Position numbers and translations under genes: made by a program. Positions 61,501-64,000 of a DNA stretch of 64,000 bases are shown in pieces. This DNA comes from Podarcis pityusensis (lineage: Eukaryota). The stretch is from assembly GCA_964106645.2 (NCBI GenBank), contig OZ067044.1, one strand, 5' to 3'. Below the pieces are notes generated by a model. It searched no databases, was not told where the DNA came from, and saw only the letters and a program-made list of their open reading frames with translations. The number at the start of each line of letters is the position of its first letter. Within the stretch, counting starts at the first letter, position 1.

Positions 61501-64000
61501 CTAGATTTAAATGAACAAAATATCATGTGAATAAGGCTCATGTGTTTGGAGACCCAGGCAGAAAAGAGCCAAAATAGTATTTATCATTAAATGCTTAGCT
61601 GAAAGTTTGCTTTTAGTAACAGAGTTACACCTGCTTAGCAAATTAAGGTCTGTGATATGTGATATCATGCCATGTGATGAATAGCTCTCACATTAGATAT
61701 TCAAGAAGCATTAAAATGTTTGAACCTGTGCATAAACGTTAACATACCAAATCTCTGTTTGCAGATTTGCATACTTAGGTCTGCAAGTGCTGACTCGCGT
61801 CATATCTAGGTTAAAGAAGGCAATGTGCTAGGATTTCAAGTTTCATGGAGGTTCTGGGCCAGGCAGTAATGGGCAAGCACTTATGAAATGTATATAAGCA
61901 TGTGCCATAAGCTGTGCTGTCCCTTGCATTCATTGTAATGCATGCCTTTTAATGTGAGGCATGTCAAGCATGCATTAAGCTTTGTAGAAAGGCTGGTCCA
62001 TTTTACCTTGAGTCACTATCTTTTGTTGAGGCTGGAAGCCAAAAATGTATCACTTCAACCAGTTGTACGATGTACTCTGCATGCTGAAACACCTTTGAGG
62101 TATGCAGAAGCCCTGCTTCAACATACCTTTTAGGATGTACTTCATTATTTCCATTCATTTGCTGCTTTGAAGGCCAGTTGTAGCACTAAAACATTTTGAA
62201 ATGGAGAGCCTTGCTTAAACAGACCAACATTGATGTAAAATACTACCATAGCACCAGACACGTTCTAATTTGACATCACAGTTGGGTGGTTAAAGGTTGA
62301 TAATACTGTACTTGGTGTCAAAACTCATTCTAGAACAAATCATAACATTTTACACTTGATCAATCTTATTCTTTGCACTTACTTTATTCAGATTCTTTGG
62401 GCCCTGCAGATGAGTATTTTGCAAGAATTGATGTGGAGGTTGATTGTCCAGAGCCTGCTAAAATTTTAAGTATACCTCTGCATGCAAGATCTGGAACTCC
62501 TAGGATATATGCTCCAAAAGGCCTACAGGTACATTTCCCCAAACCATCTTTTGTGATACAGCTTATTTCTTTCTATATTTCACTTCTAACTATCACTTGA
62601 AACCTATTTTTTCTAGACTTTATATATGTCTGCGAGAATGGGATTATCAACAAGGCAGCAGTTGCCATTAAAGAACGCCGGGAATATTAAAGTTGACTTG
62701 AAAATCCTGGTAGGTTACCTTACTATTCCAAGAAATAGTTCTGAAATTACTGTCAACCAAATCAGTCTAACTTAATCAGTACATAATAGAAAGAGAGTCC
62801 AATTCACTCTTTCCTGGCAAAAATTTTAAAGCGCAAATTGATATTGCAGTCTTACCAACAATTTCAGAGGGGGTCATTGTTCCCATCTTGGTTTTGTCAG
62901 CTGGACTTAGTCAACTGGACTCACCCACAGTGGAAAGTGGAGTACAGGGCCTAATCCCCTGGTGCCTGCTTCTGAGACAAGAGAAATAATAGACACTGTT
63001 TCCATGTTGCTGCTATGCTGGGCAGAAGGAAGACAGCTGCTCAAGTAGTTCTGGCATAGCATCATCTACTTATGTGTGTAGGGGGCTGGGTTAGTAATGT
63101 GATTTTATTTCTAAAGCCACATGGTTGGCCACTACGAAGCTCTTGCACTATGTGGATGCTACATAACCCTCGGCACATCCTGGTGAGAATCTCAGCATTC
63201 CTGCTAAGATCCTCCCTGTGAGGTGGTTGTTGTTTAGTTGTTTAGTCATGTCCAACTCTTTGTGACCCCATGGACCATTGCACGCCAGGCACTCCTGTCT
63301 TCCACTGCCTCCTGCAAATCATGGCAACTATGCATGTATTTTAACTGATATCCATGAAGTGGTTTAGAGTCAGCATTTGAATTTAGCTCAGAAACTATAA
63401 CTGATCAGAACAGAATAATTGCCATATAATTTGATCTAACTAAGGACTCTGGTTACAACACTGTAATTCACTCTTGCACCACTTGGAGCTTCTAAATTTT
63501 AAAGGCAGCTCCGTGAAGGGTAGCTTATGTGTTGTAATTTGGATACAACTAGGGCATTGTTGTATGGAACAAAATTCAGCTTCTCTAGGAAATATCATAT
63601 CTTGTGTAGCAGCCAGTGGAGACGAAGAGTGTTCCTGGCTACCATTGTCACCTGAGCATCAAAGGATGACGCCTTGAAGTAACACTATTCATTTCCAGGC
63701 ACTTGAGCCAGATAGCGGCATTTCTGTCAATCCAGAGGACCTGGTTCTTATACCTGGGGAAGAACAAGAAGTGACAGTTGTGTTTTCTCCAAAGGACTAT
63801 AGAAATGCTGAAAGGTAATGCATCCTAATTGGCTCAATGATATTAAGTAGAAATTCTTTTTACAGAACTTCTAACTTGATGCTTTATTTTAATAGTGTTT
63901 TAAAAATCTTGGTACTGCCATCTGGGCCAGAATATAAAGTGACTGTAAAAGGCGAAGTGACTGCGGTGGAGAGCAAACCTTTGGTACAGAAATACCCCAG
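35710..64000 (+). CDS. CEP192: Centrosomal protein of 192 kDa (Spd-2 family), first 29 coding exons, about 1700 aa; continues beyond right edge
   Basis: MEDFKCIADETFPS start; conserved blocks LETYFEQL, VVYQNEDGRWVTDLAYYTSF, ASYLRLSLGEFFGQRSEALGCLGGG, SISTIAYAIANASVSTDPAQLA, SFRPSTSPLIHSSP, then ASH/PapD-like domains from VKVPEEVTFPNACCVG; phases are consistent across all exons; synteny with SEH1L. Confidence 0.96.
36753..36866 (+). CDS. CEP192: CEP192 coding exon 2
   Basis: cag|QYDEVSYTDNRFPAPLASSCSGESDSDPRKNLNFQDT|gtaaga. Confidence 0.88.
38416..38567 (+). CDS. CEP192: CEP192 coding exon 3
   Basis: cag|ECCNKAADNQLESNQQ...HERLSLQHLE|gtaggc, phase fits. Confidence 0.82.
39312..39364 (+). CDS. 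CEP192: CEP192 coding exon 4
   Basis: cag|(D)LTARIFASFEKDNEDCK|gtaact, 53 nt. Confidence 0.8.
39839..39968 (+). CDS. CEP192: CEP192 coding exon 5
   Basis: tag|AISLEHGQK...FSRFIENEQPLSFASLEGHST|gtattg. Confidence 0.85.
40234..40391 (+). CDS. CEP192: CEP192 coding exon 6 (PLK4-binding acidic region)
   Basis: tag|(E)YEIGDEEFCDGQLETYFEQLVLPEMQMEDVEE...NRKT|gtaagt. Confidence 0.9.
41040..41183 (+). CDS. CEP192: CEP192 coding exon 7 (144 nt, phase 0-0)
   Basis: Branch-like actaac, cag|EKFQIPNVCQAARTDSPVASDEELYDFKEAGQNEKDEQFMLPMTARQE|gtgcgt. Confidence 0.75.
41352..41487 (+). CDS. CEP192: CEP192 coding exon 8 (3' end may instead be 41508)
   Basis: Strong acceptor, VECSKPSLNSGHSDSSERF...SSDTL; two in-frame weak donors (gtagca at 41488, gtgaca at 41509). 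Confidence 0.7.
41797..41864 (+). CDS. CEP192: CEP192 coding exon 9
   Basis: cag|(G)CHDCSEEDGISVKTKTVSSSRN|gtaagt; needed to restore phase. Confidence 0.72.
42581..42800 (+). CDS. CEP192: CEP192 coding exon 10
   Basis: aag|DATNVTNCELKLDSLYF...LADAYLSPS...ECTAE|gttagt. Confidence 0.82.
43239..43370 (+). CDS. CEP192: CEP192 coding exon 11 (Aurora A-binding region, part 1)
   Basis: tag|(E)DPPHDVVYQNEDGRWVTDLAYYTSFNKEEVSNFSNLSGDFVAG|gtaagc. Confidence 0.93.
44504..44568 (+). CDS. CEP192: CEP192 coding exon 12 (Aurora A-binding helix)
   Basis: aag|(S)EAIAVIDQDQEEFEREHRFIQ|gtagga. Confidence 0.93.
44655..44852 (+). CDS. CEP192: CEP192 coding exon 13
   Basis: cag|EEKMELQNTS...DASYLRLSLGEFFGQRSEALGCLGGGGDVKR|gtacgt. 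Confidence 0.94.
45305..45425 (+). CDS. CEP192: CEP192 coding exon 14
   Basis: cag|PSFGYHITSPEKRQPLPLWRQSDVSR...TLQ|gtaatt. Confidence 0.93.
45532..45856. mobile_element. pogo/Tigger-like MITE
   Basis: TA|CAGTGGTGCCCCGCAAGAC ... GTCTTGCGAGGCACCACTG|TA; internal CGCAAGACG and CCGCTAA repeats. Confidence 0.9.
47055..47149 (+). CDS. CEP192: CEP192 coding exon 15
   Basis: tag|(G)DVEESIKEDSHIASATFTLCEMSAKDTERGR|gtaagt. Confidence 0.82.
47244..47699. mobile_element. Tc2-type MITE, older
   Basis: Perfect 22-bp TIR CCATATTTTTCCATGTATAAGA / TCTTATACATGGAAAAATATGG flanked by TA. Confidence 0.88.
48041..48680 (+). CDS. CEP192: CEP192 coding exon 16
   Basis: tag|EKCEDRK...SILSISTIAYAIANASVSTDPAQLASLM...FDIEKYLRKT...EKTLP|gtaagt, 640 nt. 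Confidence 0.9.
49581..49811 (+). CDS. CEP192: CEP192 coding exon 17
   Basis: cag|YSESEGRTSKNTLP...NEKHTAFENISADNQKDV|gtgagt. Confidence 0.85.
50582..50777 (+). mobile_element. 5'-truncated lacertid-type SINE with (CTT)n tail (Squam2/POMSINE-like)
   Basis: gggtgaccttggg CORE-like segment, ctcacctcacagagtgtttgttgtgggg, gatatcaaatccaaactc(ctt)n end. Confidence 0.7.
51328..51457 (-). mobile_element. L2-type LINE 3' end fragment
   Basis: (AAT)n-ttatttatacc-gcccatctggctg...ccactctgggcggc, flanked by repeated taataataataattt. Confidence 0.6.
51968..52115 (+). CDS. CEP192: CEP192 coding exon 18 (second PLK1 docking motif, SSP)
   Basis: cag|(G)NAVVVTEQ...DEQYSFRPSTSPLIHSSPNEATGTALL|gtaact. Confidence 0.9.
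52514..52558. repeat. (GCT)15 / CTG trinucleotide repeat
   Basis: Pure 45-nt run in the CEP192 intron after coding exon 18. Confidence 0.97.
53890..54058 (+). CDS. CEP192: CEP192 coding exon 19
   Basis: tag|ADADCPATTSNSK...SLGRLTFVSATEKTLQNLTLSSPERCQ|gtaagt. Confidence 0.88.
54269..54360. mobile_element. Truncated pogo/Tigger-like MITE (one terminus)
   Basis: TA|CAGTGGTGCCTCTGGTTACGAAC...TTCCGGAGGTCC resembles the 61130 element; no matching right TIR seen. Confidence 0.6.
55883..56693 (+). CDS. CEP192: CEP192 coding exon 20
   Basis: cag|NNRASGWGTTIVWTSP...VPTLLTGCSLRTTPFAQQYL...SVPFGL|gtaagt, 811 nt. Confidence 0.92.
57071..57219 (+). CDS. CEP192: CEP192 coding exon 21 (start of ASH/PapD-like domains)
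   Basis: tag|(E)RVKVPEEVTFPNACCVGLTSHTVLSILNPSERWLQVSIGLLSIMLDGEK|gtatgt. Confidence 0.94.
57691..57921 (+). CDS. CEP192: CEP192 coding exon 22
   Basis: cag|MDALKHRCFLFKNK...SIASWPFTADADTIVQAQALAARVIVNAVAEIPDIE|gtaaaa. Confidence 0.94.
58703..58828 (+). CDS. CEP192: CEP192 coding exon 23
   Basis: tag|VEAGTTNHLDFGDMPSGSWKALPLKLTNKTCARVPVRLVIYA|gtaagt. Confidence 0.94.
59310..59960 (+). mobile_element. Ancient L2 LINE fragment
   Basis: Pyrimidine-rich decayed ORF2-like sequence, e.g. LLHWDPINSWMQHKLL. Confidence 0.5.
60411..60551 (+). CDS. CEP192: CEP192 coding exon 24
   Basis: cag|NAVAWRCFTFSKEPV...AAPSVISNVMNARSDGQ|gtaagt. Confidence 0.93.
61037..61097 (+). CDS. CEP192: CEP192 coding exon 25
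   Basis: cag|DPDVLVVWVQFHAPSKCITS|gtatag. Confidence 0.92.
61130..61363. mobile_element. pogo/Tigger-like MITE
   Basis: Perfect 21-bp TIR CAGTGGTACCTTGGTTGTCAA / TTGACAACCAAGGTACCACTG with TA duplication, about 32 bp after a CEP192 donor. Confidence 0.92.
62392..62528 (+). CDS. CEP192: CEP192 coding exon 26
   Basis: cag|(D)SLGPADEYFARIDVEVDCPEPAKILSIPLHARSGTPRIYAPKGLQ|gtacat. Confidence 0.93.
62617..62709 (+). CDS. CEP192: CEP192 coding exon 27
   Basis: tag|TLYMSARMGLSTRQQLPLKNAGNIKVDLKIL|gtaggt. Confidence 0.92.
63222..63317 (-). mobile_element. RTE/BovB LINE 3' end fragment
   Basis: gttgttgtttagt...gtcatgtccaactctttgtgaccccatggac...gccaggc is the reverse of the BovB 3' terminus. Confidence 0.75.
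63699..63814 (+). CDS. CEP192: CEP192 coding exon 28
   Basis: cag|ALEPDSGISVNPEDLVLIPGEEQEVTVVFSPKDYRNAE|gtaatg. Confidence 0.92.
63896..64000 (+). CDS. CEP192: CEP192 coding exon 29 (partial)
   Basis: tag|(S)VLKILVLPSGPEYKVTVKGEVTAVESKPLVQKYP, cut by the window edge. Confidence 0.9.

Overview
Vertebrate genomic DNA, most likely a squamate of lacertid type, judged from Sauria SINE/Squam1, Squam3-like and (CTT)n-tailed SINEs, CR1, L2 and BovB fragments. It holds the conserved PTPN2-SEH1L-CEP192 block (human 18p11.21 order). On the minus strand are PTPN2 exons 1-6; the gene runs off the left edge just before the catalytic motif. On the plus strand are the complete SEH1L gene, with two alternative last exons (361 aa ...RKHS and 420 aa ...HEGV), and the first 29 coding exons of CEP192 (about 1700 aa, running off the right edge). 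All exon boundaries were read by hand as GT-AG and checked for phase. Introns carry many non-autonomous DNA transposons and SINE/LINE pieces. I found no clearly new biological system. The most unusual items are: a young Tc2-type MITE whose interior is a higher-order tandem array of GC-rich double hairpins; related MITEs carrying CCAAT arrays; an inverted SINE pair between two closely spaced divergent promoters; overlapping uORFs at the PTPN2 and CEP192 starts; and a regulated-looking SEH1L 3' end with a possible third acceptor. Family names and human comparisons come from recall, not database searches.
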